Notes: generated by a model not told the origin, from the letters alone. A stretch of 64,000 bases of DNA from an uncultured Gammaproteobacteria bacterium (GCA_964470695.1 CAYYDR010000001.1:337997-401996), one strand, 5' to 3'; positions 10,125 to 19,936 are shown, counted from the stretch's first letter. Numbers and translations are program-made.

Positions 10125-10938
10125 TTTAAATGAAGATGAAGCCAGGGAGGTCCGGATAAACCAGGACTTAGTTCTAGAAATTTCTTCTGAGGTTAGAGAT
10201 GATTATAATAAAAAATATGATAATTTTGTTTATGAGGACCATGACGGAGCCGCTTTTTTGTTTCTTCGTAAAATCAAGGCGATGATTGATGCCTTTTTAT
10301 TTGATATTAAATTTGGTAGAGTCAATAAGGAGCCTGGCAATATTTTGGATATCGGTTGCAGTACTGGCTTATTTTTGAAATATTTAAGCAGGAGATGGAA
10401 TAAACATGGAGTAGAAGTTAATAATAGGGCCGTAGAAATTGCCAAAGAAAAAAATGGGCTTGTTAATGTATATGAGTCTAGTTTTGAACATTTTAATACC
10501 GAATTAAAGTTTGATATTATTAGGGCTAATCATGTTTTAGAACATATTAAAAATTACGATATATTTTTTTCAAAAATATATAGTATGATGAATGATGGTG
10601 GAATTTTGATAATAGAGACCCCAAATTATAATAGTTTTTCCTTTTGGTTGTTTAAAAAAAATTGGGACGGTTTCCATGATAGAACTCATTATAATATATT
10701 TAGTATAAGAAGTTTTAAAGTTCTATGCGTTAAATATAATTTAAATATTATTTCTTATAGAACTAACTATTGTTGTTATTTTGGTGGCAGCATTCTTAGG
10801 TTATTTAATATAAATAATAATTTTTTAAGTTTGGTTATATATTTTTCTTTATATTTAATTTACTTTCCGATTTCACTAATCGAGTTATTATTGAATATGG
10901 GCGACTCTGTTAGCGTCGTATTAGAAAAGAAGCTATGA
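10111..10938 (+). CDS. class I SAM-dependent methyltransferase
   Basis: Motif I ILDIGCSTGLFL, then DIIRANHVLEHI and GGILIIETPN. Confidence 0.75.
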   Translation: MEKISLNEDEAREVRINQDLVLEISSEVRDDYNKKYDNFVYEDHDGAAFLFLRKIKAMIDAFLFDIKFGRVNKEPGNILDIGCSTGLFLKYLSRRWNKHGVEVNNRAVEIAKEKNGLVNVYESSFEHFNTELKFDIIRANHVLEHIKNYDIFFSKIYSMMNDGGILIIETPNYNSFSFWLFKKNWDGFHDRTHYNIFSIRSFKVLCVKYNLNIISYRTNYCCYFGGSILRLFNINNNFLSLVIYFSLYLIYFPISLIELLLNMGDSVSVVLEKKL

Positions 10939-12659
10939 AGTTTATAAAAAACAAGACAAACATTTTAATTTTTATTTTATATTTGTTAATATTCTTTGTT
11001 ATTTTTTATAATAGAATATTAAATATATATAACGGCTATGGGATGCCTGATGTCGATACGGACGGGACTCTATGGTATTATTGGGCGAGAGTATTTTTAG
11101 ATCAAAAAAATTTATTTTTTAATTTTAATGTGCCGATTGCTTACCCATTTGGATATGATGTTTCCCATATACCATATTTTAGCCTATTTTATGAATTTAT
11201 AGTTTTGATAGTAAGAAATATTGGCAATTCGTTTAATAATATAATATTAGTATCAAATATTTTATCTTTATCTAGCTATCCGATATCATCTTTTTGTGTT
11301 TATTTTTTATCTCTTTATTTATTAGAAGATAAAATAGCTAGCTTTTTTGCTGGCCTCATTTTTGGTTGTTCATTTTACTTTATTTTAATGAGTGGTGGGG
11401 CTTTGTCTAATAATCAGTTATTTTTAATTCCATTGTATTATATTACCCTTTTTTATTTTATTAAAAAGAGGAATTTAAGCTCTTTGATGGTGTCGGCTTT
11501 TTATTTTGGGATATTTTTTATGACTAATGTCTATTGGTCATTTTTCTCTATAGCATTTTCTTTACCTATTTTTTTATTCTATTATAACGATAGTTCCTGG
11601 CAGAAAAAAATGAAAAATATTTTTTTATATTATCTTACGGTTTTGAGTGTAACATTTTTTTTAAATATCGGGTTTATTTATCAGAATGTTTCAGATATAA
11701 ATAAGTATGGTAATGCTGTTAGAATAATAAACCAGCACGATCAATTAATCAACGTTCTTTCATATTTTACTCCATCTAAAAATAATTTTCTCTATCAAAA
11801 TTTTTTAGCTGGGTTTGGAGATAATTTTATGGGATATGGCTCCCTATTTATTTTGTTTTTAGGTCTTTTTACTATTTCAGATAAAGAATATCGAAAGACT
11901 TATAATGTTTTTTTGCTTTGTTTCTTGTTGGCCATTTTATTTTCGTGTAATATACCCGGTTTTACTTTTTTAAATGATATATACTTTAAAATATTTGGAA
12001 CGTTTAGGGCTGTTTCTAGATTAAATATATTTGCCTCTCTTTTTTTGTCTCTGATAGTCGGTGTAACAATAAAGTATTTTAATAACTATAAATTCAAATA
12101 TATTATTGGTAATAAAAGATATTATGCATATGCAGCGGCAATTTTTTTAGCTATTTTTATTATTTTTGAAGGCTTGAATATTGATTCTTGGAGAAATCAG
12201 ATTACCGGCGTAAAAGAGTTAGAAAATACTTATTTGCCAATAAAAAATAACAAGAGCATTAAAATTGTTGCCCAATACCCGGTTTGGCTCTCTAATGGAG
12301 TTGATGGGTTCCCACCGAGTTATCAATTAATCGCTCAGATTATTCATAATAAAAATTTAGTTTCAGGTGCCGATCCATTTAATAATGAATCAATTCAATA
12401 TTTTAATTCTATCAAAGATGTTTTAAATATAGATACTATAAATAATCTATCTAGATATAATGTTGATACAATAATTATAAATAAAAATCTTTACCCTAAT
12501 CCAGATGAGGTGGTAAATATTCTAAAAAAGGATAATAGGTTGTTGTATCTAGGTAATTATAAGGGTGAGTATGACAAGGACGGCTTTTTGTCTACTAACG
12601 AATTATCCCGAAACATTGAAGTTTTTCAAATAAAAAAAGTTTTAGAAAGAAATAAATAA
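10935..12659 (+). CDS. polytopic membrane protein, candidate GT-C glycosyltransferase or polymerase
   Basis: More than 10 predicted TM helices. DVDTDG acidic motif in the first extracytoplasmic loop and a soluble C-terminal domain. ATGA overlap with the upstream gene. Confidence 0.55.
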   Translation: MKFIKNKTNILIFILYLLIFFVIFYNRILNIYNGYGMPDVDTDGTLWYYWARVFLDQKNLFFNFNVPIAYPFGYDVSHIPYFSLFYEFIVLIVRNIGNSFNNIILVSNILSLSSYPISSFCVYFLSLYLLEDKIASFFAGLIFGCSFYFILMSGGALSNNQLFLIPLYYITLFYFIKKRNLSSLMVSAFYFGIFFMTNVYWSFFSIAFSLPIFLFYYNDSSWQKKMKNIFLYYLTVLSVTFFLNIGFIYQNVSDINKYGNAVRIINQHDQLINVLSYFTPSKNNFLYQNFLAGFGDNFMGYGSLFILFLGLFTISDKEYRKTYNVFLLCFLLAILFSCNIPGFTFLNDIYFKIFGTFRAVSRLNIFASLFLSLIVGVTIKYFNNYKFKYIIGNKRYYAYAAAIFLAIFIIFEGLNIDSWRNQITGVKELENTYLPIKNNKSIKIVAQYPVWLSNGVDGFPPSYQLIAQIIHNKNLVSGADPFNNESIQYFNSIKDVLNIDTINNLSRYNVDTIIINKNLYPNPDEVVNILKKDNRLLYLGNYKGEYDKDGFLSTNELSRNIEVFQIKKVLERNK

Positions 12660-12664
12660 TATAT

Positions 12665-13705
12665 ATGAAAAGAGCATTAATCACCGGTATTACCGGTCAA
12701 GATGGATCGTATTTAGCGGAATTTTTATTAGAAAAAGGTTATGAGGTCCACGGGATAATCAGACGGTCGTCAAGTTTTAATACTTCGCGAGTTGATCATC
12801 TTTATATTGATCCCCATGGCACGGGCATAAAATTATTTTTACACCATGGCGATTTAGCGGATTCTGGTAACCTAGTAAGGATTATTGAGCATGTTAAGCC
12901 AGATGAAATTTACAATCTAGGCGCTCAAAGCCATGTCCGCGTTAGCTTTGATATTCCGGAGTATACCGGCAATATAGATGGCCTTGGAACGTTAAGAATG
13001 CTAGACGCTATTAGAGATGCGGGTATAAAAACTAAATTTTATCAGGCCTCATCTTCAGAAATGTTCGGCAAAGTTCAAGAAATCCCTCAGACGGAAAATA
13101 CGCCGTTTTATCCGCGCTCTCCTTACGGCTGTGCCAAAGTCTATGCCTATTGGTTAACGAAAAATTATCGGGAAAGTTACAATTTGTTTGCCTGTAACGG
13201 CGTGCTGTTTAATCATGAGTCGCCGCGCCGGGGACGGACTTTTGTAACTAGAAAAATTACTAGGGCCTTAGCTAAAATTAAGTTAGGGTTAGATGAGAAA
13301 TTATATTTAGGCAATTTAGATGCTAAGCGAGACTGGGGTTATGCTAAGGATTATGTTGAGGGGATGTGGCTTATGCTACAGCAAGATAAGCCAGATGACT
13401 ATGTGTTAGCTACTAATGAGACTCATTCAGTTAGAGAATTTGCCGAAGAGGTTTGTCGAGTTTTTGGCATGGATTTAGTTTGGGAAGGGGAAGGGTTGGA
13501 TGAAAAGGGGATAGATAAGAATACGGGGAAAGTTATTATTGAGATTGATCCTAAATATTTCCGTCCGGCCGAAGTTGATCTTTTGCAAGGGGACTATTCT
13601 AAGGCTAAGAGGGAATTGGGCTGGGAGCCAAGAGTTAAATTTAAAGAGTTAGTTAAAATAATGGCTGAGGCTGATTTGGAAAAAGAAAGATTAGCCAAAG
13701 TTTAA
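12665..13705 (+). CDS. gmd: GDP-mannose 4,6-dehydratase
   Basis: [41 protein letters not shown]; SSEMFG; NHESPRRG. Confidence 0.93.
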   Translation: MKRALITGITGQDGSYLAEFLLEKGYEVHGIIRRSSSFNTSRVDHLYIDPHGTGIKLFLHHGDLADSGNLVRIIEHVKPDEIYNLGAQSHVRVSFDIPEYTGNIDGLGTLRMLDAIRDAGIKTKFYQASSSEMFGKVQEIPQTENTPFYPRSPYGCAKVYAYWLTKNYRESYNLFACNGVLFNHESPRRGRTFVTRKITRALAKIKLGLDEKLYLGNLDAKRDWGYAKDYVEGMWLMLQQDKPDDYVLATNETHSVREFAEEVCRVFGMDLVWEGEGLDEKGIDKNTGKVIIEIDPKYFRPAEVDLLQGDYSKAKRELGWEPRVKFKELVKIMAEADLEKERLAKV

Positions 13706-13724
13706 ATTATAAAGCTTAAATTAT

Positions 13725-14666
13725 ATGGAAAAGAATTCTAAAATATTTGTCGCTGGTCACCGCGGTTTAGTCGGTTCGGCGATCGTTAGAAAACTAGAAG
13801 AACTGGGATATAATAATTTAGTTTTAAAGACTCGGGCGGAGTTAGATTTAATGAGCCAGACAGCGGTGGCTGATTTTTTCAAGAGTGAAAATATTGATTA
13901 TGTTTTTTTAGCGGCCGCTAAAGTCGGCGGTATAGTCGCCAACCAGAAACAAAAGGCGGATTTTATTTATGAAAATTTACAGATTCAAAGTAATATCATT
14001 TTTAACGCTTATAAATATGGTGTTAAGAAATTATTATTTTTAGGATCGTCATGTATTTATCCGCGTAACTGTGCTCAGCCGATTAAGGAAGAGTATTTAA
14101 TGACCGGAGAACTAGAAAAGACCAATGACGCTTATGCTACGGCTAAAATCGCCGGCATTAAAATGTGCCAGAGTTTTAATGAGCAGTATGGCACGAATTT
14201 TATTTCGGTTATGCCGACCAATTTATATGGCCCTAATGATAATTTTGATTTAGTGAGTAGCCATGTTTTGCCGGCCTTAATCCGCAAGTTTTATGAGGCA
14301 AAAAATAATAGCTCTAGTCCGGTTGAATTATGGGGGACTGGAGCGGCCCAGAGAGAATTTTTACATGTTGATGATTTGGCTGACGCCGTCGTTTATTTAA
14401 TGAATAACTATAACGATTCGGCTATTGTTAACATTGGTACGGGCGAAGATTTAAGTATTAAGGAATTAGCCCTAAAGATTAAAGACATCGTCGGTTATCA
14501 GGGCGAGATTAAATGGGACTCCACTAAACCAGACGGCACGCCACGGAAATTATTAGATGTCTCTAAGTTAAATAGTTTGGGGTGGAAATATAAAATTAGT
14601 TTAGAAGAAGGTTTAAAAAATACTATAGAATGGTTTATTGAGAATTATAATAATATCAAAAAATAA
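13725..14666 (+). CDS. fcl: GDP-L-fucose synthase (GDP-4-keto-6-deoxymannose epimerase/reductase)
   Basis: IFVAGHRGLVGSAI, LGSSCIYP, YATAKIAG, PTNLYGPNDNF. Confidence 0.9.
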   Translation: MEKNSKIFVAGHRGLVGSAIVRKLEELGYNNLVLKTRAELDLMSQTAVADFFKSENIDYVFLAAAKVGGIVANQKQKADFIYENLQIQSNIIFNAYKYGVKKLLFLGSSCIYPRNCAQPIKEEYLMTGELEKTNDAYATAKIAGIKMCQSFNEQYGTNFISVMPTNLYGPNDNFDLVSSHVLPALIRKFYEAKNNSSSPVELWGTGAAQREFLHVDDLADAVVYLMNNYNDSAIVNIGTGEDLSIKELALKIKDIVGYQGEIKWDSTKPDGTPRKLLDVSKLNSLGWKYKISLEEGLKNTIEWFIENYNNIKK

Positions 14667-14670
14667 GGTG

Positions 14671-16377
14671 ATGGACTTAGTGAAAAAAATAAAATTAAAC
14701 CAGCTGCCCGTTTCTTTTTCGGCTTATCTTTTAGTGGTTCTGGCAATTGCGACGCCCTGGTTTCTGAAGCCCGGATATCTTTTTTTAACTGATAATATCT
14801 GGGGCCCTAATATTAGGCTGGATTGGACTAGCCCCTGGTTCCTATTTAATTTATTAGTTAAAGGTTTGTCTTTTATTTTTCCAGTTGATTTTATAGAGAA
14901 GGTTTTTATCGCCGGAGTTTTTATGCTTATTTTGTTAGGGGGGCGGATTTTGGTTGAATCAGTGCTGAAAAAATATAATGATTCGTCAATCGCCTCCGAG
15001 CCGTCTCGGAGCTTAGTTTTTGTTATCAGCCTTTTTGCTTTATTTAATCCCTTTGTTTACGATAGAGCCTTGTATGGGCAATTTGGCGCCCTAGTTTCCT
15101 ATGGTAGTTTATTATTTGTTGCCGCTTATTTATTTAGAGCCTGGGAGATTTTAGATTTTAGAAACATTTATTTAGCTGCCATATTCAGCGCGATCGCTTT
15201 ATTGTTTTCCGTCCATTTCATTTTTTTCTTATTTCCTTTTTATTTATTATTTTTGGCGGGATTATTAGCAAAGCGCCAGGAAATAAGGCGGGAAAATAAA
15301 TTCAAAAGACTTTTTTTAACTGGTATTTTTTCTTTATTAATTTTTCTAGTTATTAATGCTAATTGGCTGGCCGCGGTTGTTGTTAAAGCCTCGTCTCTCA
15401 CTAATTATATAGAAAAGGGGATTACCAGCCAGGATTTGGTTGCCTTCCAAACGGCCGGTGAAACTTCTTTAGAAACTTTTACTAATGTTTTAATGATGAG
15501 CGGTTTTTGGGGTAAGGACCAGCACCGCTACTTTGATCTTACGGATTTTAATGGTTGGCAAAGGAGCTTTATTTTTTTATTGCCGATAATATTTTATGGC
15601 GTATATTTAAGTTTTCGTGGCCGCAATCGCGAGACTAAGATACTTAGCCTAGCACTGATACTCATTTTCGGTTTAGCTGTTTTATTGGCAATAGGAAACA
15701 AGCTGTCTGTGACGCGCCCGTTAACGATATTTTTTTATAATTATCTCCCCTTGTATAAGGGGTTGCGAGAGCCGCAGAAATGGGTCGCGGTGGTAGTAAT
15801 GATTTATATTTTCTATTTAACTATCGGCTCTGGTCGTCTTTTTAAAAAAAATATTATTTCTAACAATCGCTTAGTGAGCGGCCTGATTATGATAGCAGTG
15901 ATTATTATGCAGGCCCCGTCTTTGCTTTGGGGATTTAACCGCCAAGCGAAGCCGATTTCATATCCTAAAGATTGGTATGAAGTAAATAGTTTATTGGTTA
16001 GCCGGTCTGATCAATCTCGCGGCTGCCATGATAAAATTTTATTTTTGCCTTGGCATGCCTACATGAGTTTTAATTGGTTAGGGAAAATTGTTGCTAGCCC
16101 AGCCCAAGTTTTTTTTACTTGCCCTGCTATTATAGGCACTAACATGGAGTGGGGCGGAATTTATGATAATAGCAGAAATCCTGATAGCATGATTATATCT
16201 GATTGGATCTCGGTTTGGGGGGCTAAAAATCCGCCCCTGGTTTCCGGGGCGCCTATTCGTTATATTATTCTAGCTAAGGAAATAGATTTTCCTTCCTATT
16301 TTTGGCTTAATAATTTATCCTATCTAAAATTGATTAGAGATACCGAAACATTGTTTGTTTATGAAATTAAATATTAG
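14671..16377 (+). CDS. polytopic membrane protein (candidate glycan polymerase or GT-C)
   Basis: Many TM helices plus a C-terminal soluble domain. ATG at 14671 is preferred over the TTG at 14638, which overlaps fcl. Confidence 0.55.
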   Translation: MDLVKKIKLNQLPVSFSAYLLVVLAIATPWFLKPGYLFLTDNIWGPNIRLDWTSPWFLFNLLVKGLSFIFPVDFIEKVFIAGVFMLILLGGRILVESVLKKYNDSSIASEPSRSLVFVISLFALFNPFVYDRALYGQFGALVSYGSLLFVAAYLFRAWEILDFRNIYLAAIFSAIALLFSVHFIFFLFPFYLLFLAGLLAKRQEIRRENKFKRLFLTGIFSLLIFLVINANWLAAVVVKASSLTNYIEKGITSQDLVAFQTAGETSLETFTNVLMMSGFWGKDQHRYFDLTDFNGWQRSFIFLLPIIFYGVYLSFRGRNRETKILSLALILIFGLAVLLAIGNKLSVTRPLTIFFYNYLPLYKGLREPQKWVAVVVMIYIFYLTIGSGRLFKKNIISNNRLVSGLIMIAVIIMQAPSLLWGFNRQAKPISYPKDWYEVNSLLVSRSDQSRGCHDKILFLPWHAYMSFNWLGKIVASPAQVFFTCPAIIGTNMEWGGIYDNSRNPDSMIISDWISVWGAKNPPLVSGAPIRYIILAKEIDFPSYFWLNNLSYLKLIRDTETLFVYEIKY

Positions 16378-17650
16378 AAATTTATTGCAAGATAAGTTTA
16401 TCCGCGGCACCTTTTTCTTAACGGCGGCTAGTTTTGGAAGCGCCTTTTTTAATTATTTAGTCCATCCAATTTTAACTAGGCATTTGTCGGTTTCCGCTTA
16501 TGGCGATTTTCAAGCCATTCTTTCCTTCATTATGATTCTGAGCGTTATTGCCTCGGTTATTAATACTACCTTAATAAGAGAGATAGCTGTCTTAGAAGCA
16601 AGCCGCCCAGGAGAAATAGACATTTTGAGAAGGCGAGCTGCCGCGCGCTTTTTTTGGCTCGGCGCCATCTCTTTTATTTTAATTGTCATTTTTATTCAGT
16701 TTTTTAATAATCTTTTTAAAATTAGCGAGAGGACTATTTTAATTATTGCCTCTTTAAATTTCCTTTACCTTTTCCCGCTAGTTGTTAATCGGGCTGTTTT
16801 AAGCGGTAGGCAAAATTTTTCCGGACTAGCCCTGAGCAATTTTCTTGATGCCTTTTCTCGTTTATTTTTTATCGTTATTTTAGTAGTTATTTGGCCATTA
16901 GGCTTAAGTGGCGCGGCCTGGGCAGTTGGTTTGACCGGATTAGCCGCCTTTCTGGCCAGTCTTTACCAGATTAAAAAATTAAAACTGCCGGCGCCATTAT
17001 CTGATTCGCGGCCTACTTTGCGTAATTTTTGGCGCTATTCTTTGCTTGTTCTATGGTTTATGGCACTCACTCAGTTTTTTTATAATTTTGACATGCTTTT
17101 GGTCAAATCTTATTTTAGCCCTGAAGAGGCTGGGTTGTATGGAGCTCTGCTTACTATTGGCAGAATAATTTATTTTGTGGGCGGTGTTATTCCTCTAGTT
17201 ATGTTTCCAGTAGTTGCTAATTTAAAAGAAGACCGCAGCTTGCGCCGCTATATTGTCTTAGGAAAATCTTTCTTATTAATGTCGGCCTTGGCCGTCCCGG
17301 CTTATTTAATAATTTCTTTTTGGCCTGAGTTTATTATTAAGGTTATAGTCGGGCCTAAATATTTATCCATTGCTCCTTATTTGCCAATCTTTGCTTTAGT
17401 TATGTTGGGCTTAACTTTATTAACCTTCCTGTCTAATTATTTTTTAGCTTTAGCCAGGCGGCGCAGTTTGCTCGTAATGACTATAGCCGCTTTAGCAGAA
17501 ATTATTTTATTAAACTTGTTCCATAATAATTTATGGCAAATCATTTATTCTCTCGGCGCAGTTTTCGGAATTACATTTATTTGCTTGTTGATTTTAGTTT
17601 GGCTTGAATATAATAAAACTCAGAATTCTCTTTATGACCAAGAAAATTAA
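16355..17650 (+). CDS. polysaccharide/oligosaccharide flippase (Wzx/MOP superfamily)
   Basis: About 12-14 TM helices with MOP-like organisation. Alternative ATG at 16361. Confidence 0.7.
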   Translation: MFMKLNIRNLLQDKFIRGTFFLTAASFGSAFFNYLVHPILTRHLSVSAYGDFQAILSFIMILSVIASVINTTLIREIAVLEASRPGEIDILRRRAAARFFWLGAISFILIVIFIQFFNNLFKISERTILIIASLNFLYLFPLVVNRAVLSGRQNFSGLALSNFLDAFSRLFFIVILVVIWPLGLSGAAWAVGLTGLAAFLASLYQIKKLKLPAPLSDSRPTLRNFWRYSLLVLWFMALTQFFYNFDMLLVKSYFSPEEAGLYGALLTIGRIIYFVGGVIPLVMFPVVANLKEDRSLRRYIVLGKSFLLMSALAVPAYLIISFWPEFIIKVIVGPKYLSIAPYLPIFALVMLGLTLLTFLSNYFLALARRRSLLVMTIAALAEIILLNLFHNNLWQIIYSLGAVFGITFICLLILVWLEYNKTQNSLYDQEN

Positions 17651-18290
17651 TTTAAAAGTATTAAAATCGGAGATTAGGTTGCGGGTTAAAGAATTTTATC
17701 CCTATTTTTTGGGTTTTTATTTTTTGTCTTTAGTTATCTCTTATTTTTCTAAAATTTGGTCCGGGTTTTTTTATTGGCCGGCTTTTCATGGTTCGGCGAT
17801 TTTCTTTAGTTTATTATTTATTTTGACTTTTGAATTTAATTTTAAATTTAGAGATATTAAAGATCATTTTGAGGCGGTTAAAAATTTTCGTCTTAAATTT
17901 GGTCTCCAGATATTTAGTTTGGTTAAAGCTTTGTGGCGCCATAGCCAATCCCAGTCGGCTTATTATTTTAAGCTTATCTATTTTAAATTATCCGGGCTTA
18001 GTTCGGATACTTGGCGCAAGATAAGCTTAATTGCTGTCATTTTATTTTCTTCGCTTTTTCTGGGAATTAGTCCATTAGGATTTTTAACATTATCTTATGC
18101 CCTAATTTCTTTTATCTTTATTTTAGATAGCCGCTGGTCGGCTAGTATCGCTATTATGTTTTTGGTTCTTTGTCCTATTTTATTATTTTTTAAGCAAGAT
18201 ATTTTAGCGGAGATAATGGCTATTTATGCTTATTATTTTTTACTTATTACGGTTTTAACTCAGATTAGAGAATTAAGGGAGGGGCTTTAA
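17634..18290 (+). CDS. hypothetical integral membrane protein
   Basis: Multi-TM ORF. ATG at 17634 is preferred over the TTG at 17604. Confidence 0.5.
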   Translation: MTKKINLKVLKSEIRLRVKEFYPYFLGFYFLSLVISYFSKIWSGFFYWPAFHGSAIFFSLLFILTFEFNFKFRDIKDHFEAVKNFRLKFGLQIFSLVKALWRHSQSQSAYYFKLIYFKLSGLSSDTWRKISLIAVILFSSLFLGISPLGFLTLSYALISFIFILDSRWSASIAIMFLVLCPILLFFKQDILAEIMAIYAYYFLLITVLTQIRELREGL

Positions 18291-18324
18291 ATAGTTACTT
18301 GTGGATAACTTCATTTTAGACCAT

Positions 18325-18353
18325 TTGTTGTTAAAGTTGTAAAGTGCTATAAT
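18325..18353 (+). promoter_or_regulatory. sigma70-type promoter candidate
   Basis: TTGTTG, 17-nt spacer, TATAAT. Implies an AT-rich leader of about 85 nt. Confidence 0.45.
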
Positions 18354-18443
18354 TTTATTATAAAGGTCGAATTAAAAATATTAATTTTTAAATAAATAAT
18401 CATAAAAATTACGTAATTTTATTATTATTTATTTCTACAAAAA

Positions 18444-19910
18444 ATGAACAAGATAAAAGGTTTTATCTTTTCGGAGAAGAGGCTGTCGGGGGCGATTTTT
18501 GGCTTTTTGGTCATCGCCGCTTTTGTTTTGGTGTTTGGTCCAAATATCCAAAACATTTACGCGCAATTCTCTCGTCAGGATGGTCCGACTGGCTGGGGCT
18601 ATGGTTACGGCTATGGTTACGGCTACGGCGGTGGTTTTGATGGAGGACTCATCTCTGGTTATCGTACTGACGGCAGTGCTAACCCGGATATCTATGAATA
18701 TGGTCATGGTTATGGTTATTTAGATAGTGGTGTTACTTATAGTGCTGGTAATGGCTATGAGGTTACTCCGTCTAATATGTCTAACCTAGTTCAGAGTGGC
18801 GTTATGGTTCCTAATGCAGGAAACATCAATTCTACTACGCAGGTCGCTTTCCAGGACAAGGTTACTATGACTGTAGCAGCTGGCACTACTATCGCTATTC
18901 CGAGCGGAACGACTTTCACGGCCGGTTCCACTGGCGACTTTAGCGCTTTAGCAGCCTCTGGCACAGTAGACACCAGTGCTTTAACTGGCGTTGATTTAGC
19001 TGGTTCAATATCTTTCGGTCTGCCTAACTTAGGTTTGACTGTTAGCCCGGCTATCACTATTTCTATAAATGTAGGGACTAGCCGTAATGGCCAGACTCTG
19101 AAGATTTATCGTAAAGACGCGGGTGGTTCTTGGGTGGAAAGTCCGGCTAATACCGACGCTACTTGTTTAGTAGCTTCTGGTATTTGTACTTTCACGACCA
19201 CTCATCTATCATCTTTCTCGGCCGGTAATAGTTCTGGCGGCGGTAGCGGCGGTAGTAGCGGTGGTGGCAGCAGTGTTAATGCCACGACTTGCGCTAACGT
19301 TGTTTATAGTGAGTACGAAACAGCTTGCTTTGCTGGTTACCAGTATCGCACCGTTGTTTCTCGCACTCCATCTAACTGCTCCATGACCGTTGCTCAGCAG
19401 GAAGCTACTAAACGCGCTTGCGTTAATACAGTGCCTCCTACGGTTGAAGAGCCAGTAGTAGTTGATACGAGCAATCTAAACACTAGCAACTTTATTGCTT
19501 TAGAGAGATCTTTAGTAAAGAAGATTAATAAGTTGCTGACTGGTCGTTTAGCGGGCCGCATCCTATTACAGGTTGAAGGTCAGGGTCAAGCTTGGTATGT
19601 TAATCCGGTTAATGGTTCTAAGTACTTCTTAGGCCGTCCGGCTGATGCGTTCGCCCTCATGCGTAAGTTGGCGTTAGGCGTCAGCAATAAGACTTGGGCA
19701 ACCTTTAAGAATGGCAAGGCCCCAGCTAAACTAGCTGGTCGCATCCTCCTTAAGGTTGAAGACAAGGGCATGGCTTACTATGTTAATCCAGTTGACTTAA
19801 AGTTGCATTACTTGGGCCGTCCGGCCGATGCTTTCTCAGTTATGAGAGGCGTTGGTCTAGGTATCAGCAATGCTAACTTGCGCCAGATTAGCGTAGGCGA
19901 AGTTAAGTAG
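18444..19910 (+). CDS. secreted/anchored repeat protein (GYGYGY tract, Gly-Ser linker, 4-Cys module, two C-terminal ~55-aa repeats)
   Basis: N-terminal hydrophobic helix; GWGYGYGYGYGYGGG; GNSSGGGSGGSSGGGSS. Duplicated LAGRILL.VE..G.A.YVNPV.....YLGRPADAF..MR...LG(V/I)SN. Confidence 0.75.
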   Translation: MNKIKGFIFSEKRLSGAIFGFLVIAAFVLVFGPNIQNIYAQFSRQDGPTGWGYGYGYGYGYGGGFDGGLISGYRTDGSANPDIYEYGHGYGYLDSGVTYSAGNGYEVTPSNMSNLVQSGVMVPNAGNINSTTQVAFQDKVTMTVAAGTTIAIPSGTTFTAGSTGDFSALAASGTVDTSALTGVDLAGSISFGLPNLGLTVSPAITISINVGTSRNGQTLKIYRKDAGGSWVESPANTDATCLVASGICTFTTTHLSSFSAGNSSGGGSGGSSGGGSSVNATTCANVVYSEYETACFAGYQYRTVVSRTPSNCSMTVAQQEATKRACVNTVPPTVEEPVVVDTSNLNTSNFIALERSLVKKINKLLTGRLAGRILLQVEGQGQAWYVNPVNGSKYFLGRPADAFALMRKLALGVSNKTWATFKNGKAPAKLAGRILLKVEDKGMAYYVNPVDLKLHYLGRPADAFSVMRGVGLGISNANLRQISVGEVK

Positions 19911-19936
19911 TTAAACTTTGTCGGATTGGGAATATA

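Noticed and set aside
18597-18626. Hexanucleotide repeat as a CRISPR-like or satellite array.
   Set aside because: It is in frame within a CDS and simply encodes GYGYGYGYGY. There are no spacers and no repeat-spacer periodicity.
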